NCBI GenBank assembly: GCA_963761305.1
Contig: CAVXGK010000002.1
Coordinates: 1,632,001 to 1,696,000 of the forward strand
Source: an uncultured Gemmatimonadaceae bacterium
GTDB taxonomy: Bacteria; Gemmatimonadota; Gemmatimonadetes; Gemmatimonadales; Gemmatimonadaceae
Direction of reading: 5' to 3'
Length of the DNA stretch: 64,000 nucleotides
A model generated the notes under the pieces. The model had not been told where the DNA came from. It saw only the letters and a program-made list of their open reading frames with translations, and did not search any database. This document shows, piece after piece, positions 1 through 9,382 of this stretch (position 1 is the first letter of the stretch; the number at the start of each line of letters is the position of its first letter). The translations under genes and the position numbers were made by a program.

Positions 1-606
1 GTGCCTCCGTGCGATCCAGGCGCCGAATCCGATGTGGAGTCCACCGAACGACGCGATCATGAGCGGTGTGGCCCACGAATCGGGAGCGACGAGCGCGGTG
101 GCGCCGCACGCCATGAACGCCACGCCCATGACAGGAACGCTGCTCACCGAATACGTGCCGGCGCTCACCACGGCCGCGCCGTAGAGCAGCATCCAGGTGC
201 CGGGGAGAAGCGCGTAGTGTCCCTGGCGCACGAACACCGCCGTCAACACCGCACCGGCGAACATCGCCGGAGAAAAGCTCAGTATGAGCTTTCTCAATGG
301 CCCCGAGATCAGCGGCACGTTGGCCGCATGCGACTTGAGCGTCATCGACGCCACCGAGAGGCCGGCGGCGATCCCCGCCTCGGCGACCCACGTCGCCACG
401 CGCGCCCACGGGAGCGACTGGCGCGCCGCAACGAGCGCCGCGACGATGGCCGTGATCCCGATGACGATCTGACCCCAACCGGAGACCGCGGTGAAGGTCG
501 CGGCCCGCTCCATCATGCCGCGGATGTAGCTGAGGTTGTCCATCGCCCGCGCCTGCATCTCGGGCGGTTCTGGGCGACTCGGCCGAATCGGCGTCACACG
601 CGTCAT
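1..606 (-). CDS. Conserved multi-pass membrane protein, 3' end cut by window edge
   Basis: Not in ORF track (no stop inside window). Hand translation from ATG 606: MTRVTPIRPSRPEPPEMQARAMDNLSYIRGMMERAATFTAVSGWG...FGGLHIGFGAWIARRH; several hydrophobic segments. Confidence 0.8.
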   Translation of the reverse strand, partial: MTRVTPIRPSRPEPPEMQARAMDNLSYIRGMMERAATFTAVSGWGQIVIGITAIVAALVAARQSLPWARVATWVAEAGIAAGLSVASMTLKSHAANVPLISGPLRKLILSFSPAMFAGAVLTAVFVRQGHYALLPGTWMLLYGAAVVSAGTYSVSSVPVMGVAFMACGATALVAPDSWATPLMIASFGGLHIGFGAWIARRH

Positions 607-641
607 GCATCTAGGATAACGACGCCCGGGAACGCTGGCAA

Positions 642-662
642 GTACTTTGTGACGCAAAGCAC
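642..662. promoter_or_regulatory. Imperfect palindrome, candidate operator
   Basis: GTACTTTG-N5-CAAAGCAC (7/8 match), 35 nt upstream of ATG 606, in an AT-richer patch. Confidence 0.5.
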
Positions 663-720
663 CGTGCCATTTATGGCACTCTTTGGTCAGGCGGCTAGAC
701 GGCTCGCAGGGCCGTTAGCG

Positions 721-746
721 TCCACCCGTCACCCGTCCACCCGTCC
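721..746. repeat. Short degenerate octamer tandem repeat
   Basis: tccacccgtcacccgtccacccgtcc, related to the arrays at 4651-4862 and 41285-41515. Confidence 0.5.
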
Positions 747-988
747 TACGGCTGCTGCGGCGGGTCGCTGGCCGGAAAACTCTCGTCCGACGCCTCGTCG
801 ATTCGCTCGTCGTCGCTGGTCGGACGCCCCGGATCGCGCTTCTCGGGCTCGTCCGGGCGTTTGTCGGTGTGCCGGCGATTCCGCGGCGGGTCCTCGCGCT
901 CGACGTCACGGTCGGCGCGACTCCGGTCGCCATCGCCCGCGTCGGGTTCATCCATGAAACCAGTCATTGGCATCTCCTCTGACGGCAA
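746..988 (-). CDS. Small acidic hypothetical protein with DEASxESFPASDPP motif
   Basis: C-terminal IDEASDESFPASDPP is a motif I recognise from small bacterial hypothetical proteins; start uncertain. Confidence 0.7.
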   Translation of the reverse strand: MPSEEMPMTGFMDEPDAGDGDRSRADRDVEREDPPRNRRHTDKRPDEPEKRDPGRPTSDDERIDEASDESFPASDPPQQP

Positions 989-1007
989 TGTTCGTCACGA
1001 AGCGTGC

Positions 1008-2153
1008 CTATCGACGGTCGACGTTGTACTTCGCCAGCACCTCGCGCACGCGGTCGAGCGGGATCGCCTGAACCGTGTGCCCGTTTCCGGTCGTCGTCGT
1101 CGCCTCGAACAGCGAGTTGTAGATCGCCTCTTCCGTCGCCTCCACGGCGGCCTCGAACAAGCCCGACATCTGGTCGTTCGACAACTCCTCCGTCGTGAGA
1201 CGCGTCACGGTGGCGGCGCGGCGCACCTTCTCGTTCGTCGAGAACGCCAGTGCGTAGTCGCCCGAGCCGTTCGATGCCGACGAGCCCGTTCGCGCCAGGC
1301 CCATGATCGCGCGCGCGGCCAGTCGCTCGAGGTTGCGATCGGACAGCGGCGCGTCGGTCGCGATCACCATCACGCACGACCCGTCGCCGCGCTCGCCCGG
1401 CGACTGCGCGTCTCGCTGAAACGCGTACTGCCCAAGCTCCTTCCCCACCGGCGCGCCCAGCACCTGCAATACGCCGCCGAAGTTCGTCTGCACGAGCACG
1501 CCGAGCGTCCACCCGCCAAGCGTCGGTGGGAGGACGCGCGACGACGTGCCGATGCCACCCTTCCAACCGAACGCCACCGTTCCAGTGCCCGCGCCCACAC
1601 TGCCCTCTGCTACCGGACCGTCGGTGGCCGACGTGAGCGCCGCGCGCACCTGCTCCGCCGTGATCGGCCGCGCGCGAATGTCGTTCAGCGTGCCGTCATT
1701 CGTTTCGGCGACGACCGGATTGATCGAGCGAACGTTGTTCATGCCGGGCTGGCCGAGCATCCAATCGACCATCGCGTCGGCGGCCTTCCACACGCAGAGC
1801 GTGCAGGTGAGCAGCAGCGGAGTCTCGAGCTCGCCCAGCTCGTGCAACTGCGTCGCGCCGGTGATCTTGCCGAATCCGTTGCCGACGTGCAGCGCCGCGG
1901 GCACGCGATCCGTGAACAGGTTGCCGCCGTGCGGGAGGATCGCCGTGATGCCCGTGCGGACGTTATCGCCTTGAACGACGGTTGTCTGTCCGACGCGAAC
2001 ACCCGCGACGTCGGTAATGGCGTTCAATCGACCCGGCGCGAAAATGCCGGGTTTGACGCCGAGGTCGCGCGCCCGTGCGCGCTGCGCGGGCACCTGCGTG
2101 GTCAGTGCGGTCATCGCGAGGACCGTCGAGAGCGAAATCGAGTGGTTGCGCAT
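1008..2153 (-). CDS. P1/DmpA family (S58) aminopeptidase
   Basis: NAITDVAGVRVG, GNGFGK, EGSVGAGTG and SNGSGD autoprocessing site; signal peptide. Confidence 0.92.
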   Translation of the reverse strand: MRNHSISLSTVLAMTALTTQVPAQRARARDLGVKPGIFAPGRLNAITDVAGVRVGQTTVVQGDNVRTGITAILPHGGNLFTDRVPAALHVGNGFGKITGATQLHELGELETPLLLTCTLCVWKAADAMVDWMLGQPGMNNVRSINPVVAETNDGTLNDIRARPITAEQVRAALTSATDGPVAEGSVGAGTGTVAFGWKGGIGTSSRVLPPTLGGWTLGVLVQTNFGGVLQVLGAPVGKELGQYAFQRDAQSPGERGDGSCVMVIATDAPLSDRNLERLAARAIMGLARTGSSASNGSGDYALAFSTNEKVRRAATVTRLTTEELSNDQMSGLFEAAVEATEEAIYNSLFEATTTTGNGHTVQAIPLDRVREVLAKYNVDRR

Positions 2154-2261
2154 TTGAGTCGTGAATCGACGCCTCACCGTATCCCGACGATCTCACGCGG
2201 GCAACCCCGACCGTGCGCTTCGACGTTGAGACGCCGGCGATCGCGTCCTATCTTGCCTCGG

Positions 2262-3383
2262 GTGCCGCCTCGTCATCTGCTCCCGTTGCACGGCCATTCG
2301 GCGCTTCGCGCCCGGCTCGCCGCGGCCGCCTCCCGCGGCGACCTGCCGTCATCGCTCTTGATCGAGGGTCCGAGAGGGATCGGCAAGCAGCAGCTCGCGC
2401 TCTGGCTGGGTCAGTTGCTCCTCTGTGAAGACCCGCAGAACGATTTCCTCGTTCGGACCGGCGGACCCTCGGACATCCGGCCTGCCCAGACGAAGCTCTG
2501 CCCTCAGTGCAAGCTGACGCAGTCCCTGTTGCATCCGGACTTGCATTGGTTCTTTCCTCGGCCGCGCCTCAAGGGCAGCTCCGATCCGGACCTCGACACG
2601 GTTCGCGAAGACAATGCGGATGGTATCGCCGAGCGGCTGGCCAACGGGGGGCTGTACGAGTCTCCCGGCGGCGACGAGGGAATTTTCATCGCCATGATTC
2701 GGGCGATCGTGCAGACCGCGACGCGTGCGCCGGCGATGGCGCGGCGGAAGGTCTTCGTCATCGGCGACGCGGAGCGGATGGTATCGCAGGAAGGCTCTGA
2801 CCAGGCAGCCAACGCGTTTCTCAAATTGCTCGAGGAGCCGCTTGCCGACACGACAGTCATTCTCACGTCGAGCGAACCGGGCGCGCTTTTGCCGACCGTT
2901 CGCTCGCGCGTGATCTCCGTGCGAGCCACGCCACTCGGCGAGGCGGAGATGACCGCGTTCGTCGCCGACCCGAAGATCGCCCCGTTGCTCGATCTACCGT
3001 CGTCGCCGGCGGAGCTCATCAGGGCGGTCGGCGGCGCGCCCGGTCGTCTGGCCGAGCGTGAAGCGTGGACCAAAGCTCTCGAACAGGCGACGCACTTCCT
3101 CGACGCGGCGTCGGCTCTGGACCGGGGGCGCCGCGCGCGCGTCGCGCTGAGCCAGGGCGGCAGCGGCGCGCGTGGCAAGTTCAGCGACACGCTCGATGCG
3201 CTGACGTCGCTGCTGCACGACCGCGCGCAGTCGGCCGCCGCGCGAGGTGAAGAGACGCGCGCACGCGGGGCGGCCCACGCGATCGCCGTCGTCGAGCGCA
3301 CCAAGGAGTTGGCGACCGGGAACGTGAATCCCCAGCTGCTGACCGCGGCGCTGATCCGCGATCTCACCCCTCTCGTGAAATGA
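2262..3383 (+). CDS. holB: DNA polymerase III delta' subunit
   Basis: GPRGIGK, CPQC...HPDLHW, AANAFLKLLEEP, LLPTVRSR; GTG 2262 is in frame with ORF 861..3383. Confidence 0.85.
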   Translation: MPPRHLLPLHGHSALRARLAAAASRGDLPSSLLIEGPRGIGKQQLALWLGQLLLCEDPQNDFLVRTGGPSDIRPAQTKLCPQCKLTQSLLHPDLHWFFPRPRLKGSSDPDLDTVREDNADGIAERLANGGLYESPGGDEGIFIAMIRAIVQTATRAPAMARRKVFVIGDAERMVSQEGSDQAANAFLKLLEEPLADTTVILTSSEPGALLPTVRSRVISVRATPLGEAEMTAFVADPKIAPLLDLPSSPAELIRAVGGAPGRLAEREAWTKALEQATHFLDAASALDRGRRARVALSQGGSGARGKFSDTLDALTSLLHDRAQSAAARGEETRARGAAHAIAVVERTKELATGNVNPQLLTAALIRDLTPLVK

Positions 3384-3880
3384 GCGACAAACTCACCCAC
3401 GTCGACGAGTCGGGCGCGGCTCGCATGGTGGACGTTTCGGGCAAACCGGAGACGCACCGCCGCGCGCGCGCGACGGGCGCAATCCGCATGCGCCCTGAGA
3501 CGCTGCGCGCGATCGTGAACGCGGAGGTGAAGAAGGGCGACGTGCTGGGGGTCGCGCGCGTGGCGGGGGTGATGGCCGCCAAGCGCACCGCAGAACTGAT
3601 TCCGCTCTGCCACCCGCTGGCGCTGGACGACGTCCAGGTGACGCTGACACCCGATGAATCGCTGCCTGGAATTCGCGCCGAGGCGTCGGTGGCGACGACG
3701 GGTCGTACGGGGGCGGAAATGGAGGCCCTTACGTCGGTCGCGGTCGCACTCTTAACCGTGTATGACATGGCCAAAGGGCTCGACCACGGCATGGAACTTT
3801 CCGATATATCGTTGGCCTCGAAGTCAGGTGGAGCGCACGGCGATTACGCAAGACTGGATGGCACGGGCTCTGCCGCCTAA
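3380..3880 (+). CDS. moaC: Cyclic pyranopterin monophosphate synthase
   Basis: LTHVDESGAARMVDVS, LIPLCHP, EMEALT, YDMAK, KSGG; ATGA overlap with holB. Confidence 0.97.
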   Translation: MSDKLTHVDESGAARMVDVSGKPETHRRARATGAIRMRPETLRAIVNAEVKKGDVLGVARVAGVMAAKRTAELIPLCHPLALDDVQVTLTPDESLPGIRAEASVATTGRTGAEMEALTSVAVALLTVYDMAKGLDHGMELSDISLASKSGGAHGDYARLDGTGSAA

Positions 3881-3944
3881 TGTGCGGTCAGCGGTAAAGC
3901 CGTACCGGCTGTTTTGTAGTTAACCACTTGCCTTCCAAACACTT

Positions 3945-4649
3945 ATGCGCAACCTACGTGGGACGTACGTCCACCGGGGTGACGCGTTGCGGCGGCGGAG
4001 ACGCATTCAGCGGACTGCGTTTCTTGCTGGTTCCGTGGCTGTGACCCTCGTGGTCTTAGCCGCCCATCGCACCACCACGGCGAACGCCGAACCTGCGGTG
4101 ACCGAGAGCCGAGCGTCGATGTTCTCGCTCGGGGACTCCCGGAAGCTGCGCGCGGAGCTTGCTACGACCCAGGGCGAACTGACGATCGTTCGCGGCCAGA
4201 TCGAGCGGGCGAACAAAGTGATCGGCTATTCGAACGAGTACGGGATTCCCGCCGGCTTGGCCGGTAAGGTCTTCGATGCCTCGATCCGCGAGAGCATCGA
4301 CCCGGAGCTCGCCTTTCGGCTGGTTCGCCTCGAGAGCGAGTTCAATCCGCGCGCAGTCAGCAAGACCGGCGCGATCGGTCTGACGCAGCTCATGCCCAGC
4401 ACCGCGACGATGTTCGACAAGGCGGCGACGCGCGACAAGCTGTTCCTCGCCGACGTGAACCTGAAGATCGGCATGCACTACCTCCGCACGCTGCTCGACA
4501 TGTACAAGGGCGACGTGCGCCTGGCGCTGCTGGCCTACAACCGCGGCGAGGATGCGGTCTGGCGCGACGTCCGCGCCGGTGTGAACCCCGGCAACGGCTA
4601 CGACCGAATGGTGATCGGGGACTACAAGGGGAAGGGGCTCATTCAGTAA
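3945..4649 (+). CDS. SLT-domain lytic transglycosylase
   Basis: ESEFNPRAVS, GAIGLTQLMP, ALLAYNRG; N-terminal membrane anchor. Confidence 0.9.
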   Translation: MRNLRGTYVHRGDALRRRRRIQRTAFLAGSVAVTLVVLAAHRTTTANAEPAVTESRASMFSLGDSRKLRAELATTQGELTIVRGQIERANKVIGYSNEYGIPAGLAGKVFDASIRESIDPELAFRLVRLESEFNPRAVSKTGAIGLTQLMPSTATMFDKAATRDKLFLADVNLKIGMHYLRTLLDMYKGDVRLALLAYNRGEDAVWRDVRAGVNPGNGYDRMVIGDYKGKGLIQ

Positions 4650-4650
4650 G

Positions 4651-4862
4651 ACGGGTGGACGGGTGGACCGGTGGACCGGTCGACCGGCAAAACGGGAACG
4701 AACAACGGGTGGACAGCGCGGCTTTGGCTGTCCACCCGTTTCTTGTCTCTCGCGTCCCGTCTGCGATGTCCCGTCGTTTACCGGTCTACCGGTCCACCGG
4801 TCCACCGGTCCACCGGTCCACCGGTCCACCGCTCCACCGCTCCACCGCTCCACCGCTCCACC
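4651..4862. repeat. Inverted octamer-array element between convergent genes
   Basis: (GGTGGACC)n left arm and (GGTCCACC/GCTCCACC)n right arm; inner perfect 14-bp stem aacgggtggacagc/gctgtccacccgtt at 4703-4740. Confidence 0.9.
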
Positions 4863-4865
4863 CAC

Positions 4866-6389
4866 CTACTTCTGCTTCGCCCTCGCCTTGCTCCCCACGA
4901 CGATCGACTGGCCCGGAAACAGGATCGCGCGCTTGAGACCATTCGCCTTCATCAGCGCGGCGGTCGACGTGTGGTACTTCTTGGCGATCGAGCCGAGCGT
5001 CTCCCCTGCTTTCACGACGTGGAGCACGCGCGTTCTCGACGACGAGTAACGCTCGATGGACGGATCCGGCGCGTTGGTCGCCGCGGAGACGACTGCAGCG
5101 GTCGGGACGAGCACCGTCTGTCCAGGCACGAGGTTGCCGCTCTTCAGGCGCTTGAGGCTCGGGTTGAAGATCGCGAGCTGGCGGGCCGTGAGGCCGTTCT
5201 TCTGCGCGATCGACGACACGCTCTGATTCTTCTTCGATTCCGTCGCCTTGAACGCGCTGCGCATGCCGCTCGGAAGCGCCGCGAACGCGGACGGGAAGCT
5301 GTCCGCGGTGCCCGTCGGAATGCGCACCTGGAACGAGTCCTTGGGCGGCGTCATGCCGCGCAGGATCTGCGGATTCAAGTCCTGCAGCGTCCCAACGCTC
5401 ACGCAAGCCGCGGCGGCGATCGCCGCGAGTGGCGTCGCCGGCCCCACGTGAACCGAGTCGTAGGCGAACGCCGGCTGCGGGCGGATCGTCAGGCCGTAGC
5501 GCTCCGGCTCCTTCCCGATCAGCGCCGCCGCGATCAACTGCGGCACGTACTCGCGCGTCTCGGCGCGCAGATAGTTCTTGTCGGCCAGCGCGAAGAACAG
5601 GTCGTCGCCCGTCGTGCCCTCGAAATCGTCGGCATAGCGGGAGAGGCCACGCGCGATGCGACCCGGGCCACCGTCGTACGCGGCCGCCGCGAGATAGAGC
5701 GACCCGAACTGCTCTTTGAGATCTCTGATGAATCGCACCGCGGCGGTCGTCGAACGGACCGGATCGCGCCGCTCGTCGACCCACCAGTCGACGCGCATGC
5801 CCATGTCGCGGGCCGTGGTCGTCATGAACTGCCACATCCCGACGGCGGCGGCCTTCGAGTACGCGTTCGGATCCCAGCCGCTCTCGACGAGGCCGAGGTA
5901 GTACATGTCTTCGGGCAGGCCGCCTTCGCGCATCTTGGCGCGAATCATCGGCTCGTAGCGCGTGCCGCGTTCCAGCTCCACCCGTATGTGGTCTTTCGCC
6001 GAGCCGGAGAACAGCCGGACGTAGCGGCCGACCCGCGTCGTCGCTTCGTAGGCGTGAACCTCGATGTCCCACGCAGGCTCGGTGGCCGAGTCTGCGGCCG
6101 CGACCGGACGCGCCGCGGAATCGCCAAAGAGCCCGGTGACGCCGCGATCGACGTCGGTCTTGGTCACCGGGACGGAATCGGCGGCCGAATCGAGCCGTGC
6201 GGTCCGCGCCTTGGGCGCCGTATCGGCCGCGGAGCGCGCCGGCGACGACACGACTTCCCCGGTCGAGATCACCGCCTGATGCGGAGCCGGGCTCGGCGCG
6301 GGCGACACGCCGCCGCCGTCGCGGCGACCAGCGCAGGCCACAGCCGAGACCAGTGCTCCAACGACGAAGATCGCTCTACGCAGGTTCAT
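4866..6389 (-). CDS. MltD-like lytic transglycosylase with LysM domains
   Basis: LVESG, AVGMWQFM, DERRDP, ETREYVP, C-terminal HVVKAGETLGSIAKKY; lipobox-like AVAC. Confidence 0.92.
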   Translation of the reverse strand: MNLRRAIFVVGALVSAVACAGRRDGGGVSPAPSPAPHQAVISTGEVVSSPARSAADTAPKARTARLDSAADSVPVTKTDVDRGVTGLFGDSAARPVAAADSATEPAWDIEVHAYEATTRVGRYVRLFSGSAKDHIRVELERGTRYEPMIRAKMREGGLPEDMYYLGLVESGWDPNAYSKAAAVGMWQFMTTTARDMGMRVDWWVDERRDPVRSTTAAVRFIRDLKEQFGSLYLAAAAYDGGPGRIARGLSRYADDFEGTTGDDLFFALADKNYLRAETREYVPQLIAAALIGKEPERYGLTIRPQPAFAYDSVHVGPATPLAAIAAAACVSVGTLQDLNPQILRGMTPPKDSFQVRIPTGTADSFPSAFAALPSGMRSAFKATESKKNQSVSSIAQKNGLTARQLAIFNPSLKRLKSGNLVPGQTVLVPTAAVVSAATNAPDPSIERYSSSRTRVLHVVKAGETLGSIAKKYHTSTAALMKANGLKRAILFPGQSIVVGSKARAKQK

Positions 6390-6525
6390 CAAGTCGATCC
6401 GACTCCGTTGTATTGCCGCATGACCCCGCCGCCTCAAACACAATCGCCGCGCGAGGCGGCGAGGTGAACGGCCAAGATTACTCGAATGCGGGCCCGGCAC
6501 CCAGCCCGCGATGGCGATTTGTTCG

Positions 6526-6975
6526 CTACTGTGACGTGATGAAGTTCCCCAGAATGCGATTCGTCGCGTTCAACACGGCGAGGGCCGCGCCACGCCGCGT
6601 GTCGGCGTCGACCAGACAACAGCCGACGAGCCGCGTGAGCTTGCCATCCTGGCGCATCGCAATGGACACGATGATCAGGTTCTCGTCGAACGCCCTCATT
6701 TGTTTGATGCCGAGAAGCTCGAATTGGATCGCGCCCTTGGCGAACGTCATGAGGGCGTTGAGCGCGGCCTCGGCCGCCACGCGGAAATCGCCCAACGGGC
6801 TGGACTGACCCAAAGCCCGACCGACGAACGTCTCGCCGTCCCACTCAAGCGAGACCTCGGAGTTGCATTGGCCGGACGGCGTGCGCGTGAAGCTGAACTG
6901 CGCGAACCGGAGACGTTCGCGACGCAGGCCGAGGGAGAAGGTCGTGTTGTCTTGTTCGGGGTGCTCTTGATCCAT
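6526..6975 (-). CDS. Hypothetical protein, resembles LeuA regulatory-type alpha/beta domain
   Basis: Clean ORF; VAAEAALNAL and AALAVLNATNR helices. Confidence 0.7.
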   Translation of the reverse strand: MDQEHPEQDNTTFSLGLRRERLRFAQFSFTRTPSGQCNSEVSLEWDGETFVGRALGQSSPLGDFRVAAEAALNALMTFAKGAIQFELLGIKQMRAFDENLIIVSIAMRQDGKLTRLVGCCLVDADTRRGAALAVLNATNRILGNFITSQ

Positions 6976-7093
6976 GCGATTGCGACGAATGGGCTACGCG
7001 AGCAGCTTGACCAAGGAGCGACCTCGCTCCTCTGTTAAACGAGTGGTTGATCCGCCAGGCAACACTGACTTGTAACTCGAATCACGAACCCCG

Positions 7094-8020
7094 ATGCACG
7101 TCGTGATACAGTTCCCAGTATCGGCAGCTATGGTGGCGGCCCTGACTTTGGCCGGGGCGCCGGCGGTGTCCATCGCCCAGCCGCGGACCCTGTCCTCGGC
7201 CGTCCAGGAGCGCGTGGGCCAGGCGCCCGGCGCCACCGTCGGGATCGCATTCCACGACCTAGAGACCGGCGACAGCCTCTATCTCCGCGCCGACGAGAGC
7301 TTTCACGCCGCCAGCGCCATGAAGGTCCCGGTGATGATCGAGTTGTTCCGACGGGTCGACGCTGGTACGCTCCGCCTCGATGAGGGCGTCCCGCTGGTGA
7401 ATCATTTTGTGTCGATTGCCGACGGGTCGTCGTACTCGCTGAACCCCGGCGACGACTCCGACAGCCTCGCCTACACGCTGCTCGGAACGCGCGTCCCCGT
7501 CCGCGATCTCATCGATCACATGATCACGCGATCGAGCAATCTCGCGACGAACGCCCTCATTGAACTGGTCGGCGCCAAGAACGCCAATGCCGCGGCACAC
7601 CAGCTCGGCGCGGCGAACATCAACGTTCTGCGCGGCGTGGAGGACACGCCCGCCTTCCGCGCCGGGATGAACAACACCACCACGGCGCGCGACCTCGCCG
7701 TGCTGCTCGAGGCGATCGAAACCGGACGAGCCGCGTCGCGCGCGAGCTGCGACGCCATGCGCGACTTTCTCACGCGACAGGAATTCAATGAAGAGATCCC
7801 CGCCGGTTTGCCGCCGGGCACGAAGGTCGCGCATAAAACGGGATGGATCACCGGCGTGCTGCACGACGCCGCCGTCGTCTATCCGCCGAACCGCAAGCCG
7901 TACGTGCTCGTCGTGCTGACGCGCGACATCCCGGACGAGAAGGTCGCCCGCCGCCTGATCGCCGACGTGTCGCGACTCGTTTGGACGCAGGCCGTGCCGA
8001 CCGCCTCCACACAACGATGA
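7094..8020 (+). CDS. Class A beta-lactamase-like serine hydrolase
   Basis: SAMK (SxxK), SSN and HKTG motifs; start uncertain. Confidence 0.88.
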   Translation: MHVVIQFPVSAAMVAALTLAGAPAVSIAQPRTLSSAVQERVGQAPGATVGIAFHDLETGDSLYLRADESFHAASAMKVPVMIELFRRVDAGTLRLDEGVPLVNHFVSIADGSSYSLNPGDDSDSLAYTLLGTRVPVRDLIDHMITRSSNLATNALIELVGAKNANAAAHQLGAANINVLRGVEDTPAFRAGMNNTTTARDLAVLLEAIETGRAASRASCDAMRDFLTRQEFNEEIPAGLPPGTKVAHKTGWITGVLHDAAVVYPPNRKPYVLVVLTRDIPDEKVARRLIADVSRLVWTQAVPTASTQR

Positions 8021-8475
8021 TCGTCGCGCTCGGGTGTGACCACGCGGGCTTCTCGCTGAAGCAGGTCGTCGCTGACGCCATTCGCGACGCCGGGCACGAG
8101 GTGCTCGACTGCGGCGCGTACGAGCTCACGCCCGGCGACGATTATCCCGACTTCGCCGGCGCGGTGGCGCGGGCGATCCTGGCCGGGCACGCCGAACGCG
8201 GCGTGATCGTGTGCGGCAGCGGGGTCGGTGCCGCGGTCGCCGCCAACAAGTTCGCCGGTATTCGATCGGCGCTCTGCCACGACACGTTTTCGGCGCATCA
8301 GGGCGTCGAGGACGACTCGATGAACGTGCTGGCGCTCGGCGCGCGGGTCATCGGTCCGTCGCTGGCGGCGGAGTTGGTCGGCGCGTTTTTGCGCGCCGAG
8401 TTTTCGGGGGCGGAGCGCCACCAGCGCCGCCTGCAGAAGATCGCGGCGATCGAGCGCGCGGCGTCGTCGCGCTAG
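8017..8475 (+). CDS. rpiB: Ribose-5-phosphate isomerase B
   Basis: GCDHAG, DYPD, CGSGVG, ANK, NVLALGARVIG, RHQRR. Confidence 0.95.
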   Translation: MIVALGCDHAGFSLKQVVADAIRDAGHEVLDCGAYELTPGDDYPDFAGAVARAILAGHAERGVIVCGSGVGAAVAANKFAGIRSALCHDTFSAHQGVEDDSMNVLALGARVIGPSLAAELVGAFLRAEFSGAERHQRRLQKIAAIERAASSR

Positions 8476-8491
8476 GACGCGCGGCGCGACG

Positions 8492-8845
8492 TCAGGAACG
8501 CTCGCTCGCCGCGCGATACACGATCACGTCGACCTTCTCGAGCGTGATCAACCCGCCGACGATCATCGCGTCGAGATCGGGCAATAGCGTCTCGATCTTC
8601 TCGGCCGCGTCCACGCACTCGATGACAATCGGCAGGTCGCCCGACAGCTCGAGGAACTTCACTGTGTGCACGTGCGCCGTCGCGCCGAACGACATGATGC
8701 CGCGGAACACCGTCGCCCCGGCGCACTGCTTCTTTCGCAGCAACTGGACGATCTGCTCGTAGAGAGGCTTTCCGTCGTGCTTGTCCCGCTCGCCGACATG
8801 GATGCGCATCAGCGTTCGCTGACCTTTGAGTCCGTGCATGGTCAT
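8492..8845 (-). CDS. DUF190 (PII-like) protein
   Basis: LMRIHVGERD, AGATVFRGI, LSGDLPIVIE; usual crcB neighbour. Confidence 0.9.
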   Translation of the reverse strand: MTMHGLKGQRTLMRIHVGERDKHDGKPLYEQIVQLLRKKQCAGATVFRGIMSFGATAHVHTVKFLELSGDLPIVIECVDAAEKIETLLPDLDAMIVGGLITLEKVDVIVYRAASERS

Positions 8846-8853
8846 TCTCCGCG

Positions 8854-9273
8854 TCAGTCTGGCCGTAGCCGCGTTCGCCCCATCGACAGGAGCCGGCGCG
8901 CGGCGCCCATGCCGAGCGCACAGCCGAGCAGCGACAGCACGACGCTCGCGGCGACGTAAAACCCGGCAGTTCCGTACTCGGCGTCCTCGACGAGCCGGAA
9001 CGTCTCGTAGCTGAACGTGGAGAACGTGGTGAACCCGCCGCAGAATCCGGTCGTGAGGAAGAACCGGACCTCCGGGCTCACGGCCGACGTGTCGAGCCCG
9101 AGCCGGACGAAGAAGCCGAGCAGCAGCGAGCCGGCGACATTGATGACGAGCGTGCCCACCGGCAGCGCGACCGACACGCGGTCCTGGATGTACGCGCCGA
9201 GCAGGTATCGCGCGACACTCCCGAGCGCGCCGCCGATCGCCACAGCGGCCACGAGCCGCCAATCGATCCTCAT
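8854..9273 (-). CDS. crcB: Fluoride efflux channel FluC/CrcB
   Basis: GGALGSVARY, GTLVINVAGS, GFCGGFTTFSTF. Confidence 0.97.
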   Translation of the reverse strand: MRIDWRLVAAVAIGGALGSVARYLLGAYIQDRVSVALPVGTLVINVAGSLLLGFFVRLGLDTSAVSPEVRFFLTTGFCGGFTTFSTFSYETFRLVEDAEYGTAGFYVAASVVLSLLGCALGMGAARRLLSMGRTRLRPD

Positions 9274-9299
9274 GAGAAGACTCCTACGGACAACAGGTC

Positions 9300-9349
9300 A
9301 GTAGGAGCTATCAGCCGAGACGCGGCGGTTAAGGGCGAGCTCCATCGCC
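9300..9349 (-). ncRNA. Fluoride riboswitch (crcB motif)
   Basis: Minus strand GGCGATGGAGCTCGCC-CTTAACCGCC...GGCTGATAGCTCCTAC fits the motif layout (P1 GGCGA/TCGCC, pseudoknot GGAGC/GCTCC); directly upstream of crcB. Confidence 0.93.
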
Positions 9350-9382
9350 GGCGAGAAGGCTACGCGCTCGCCGGCGTGGTTG

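Noticed and set aside
861..2261. N-terminal half of the 840-aa ORF as a HolB fusion
   Set aside because: It is the antisense shadow of the DmpA-family gene; HolB similarity starts near 2262
4655..5049. ORFs with (PVHRST)-type repeats
   Set aside because: Translations of the non-coding octamer arrays and antisense of the LysM gene
7094..8020. Acquired antibiotic resistance gene
   Set aside because: Chromosomal context overlapping rpiB, no mobile element; motifs alone do not show beta-lactam hydrolysis
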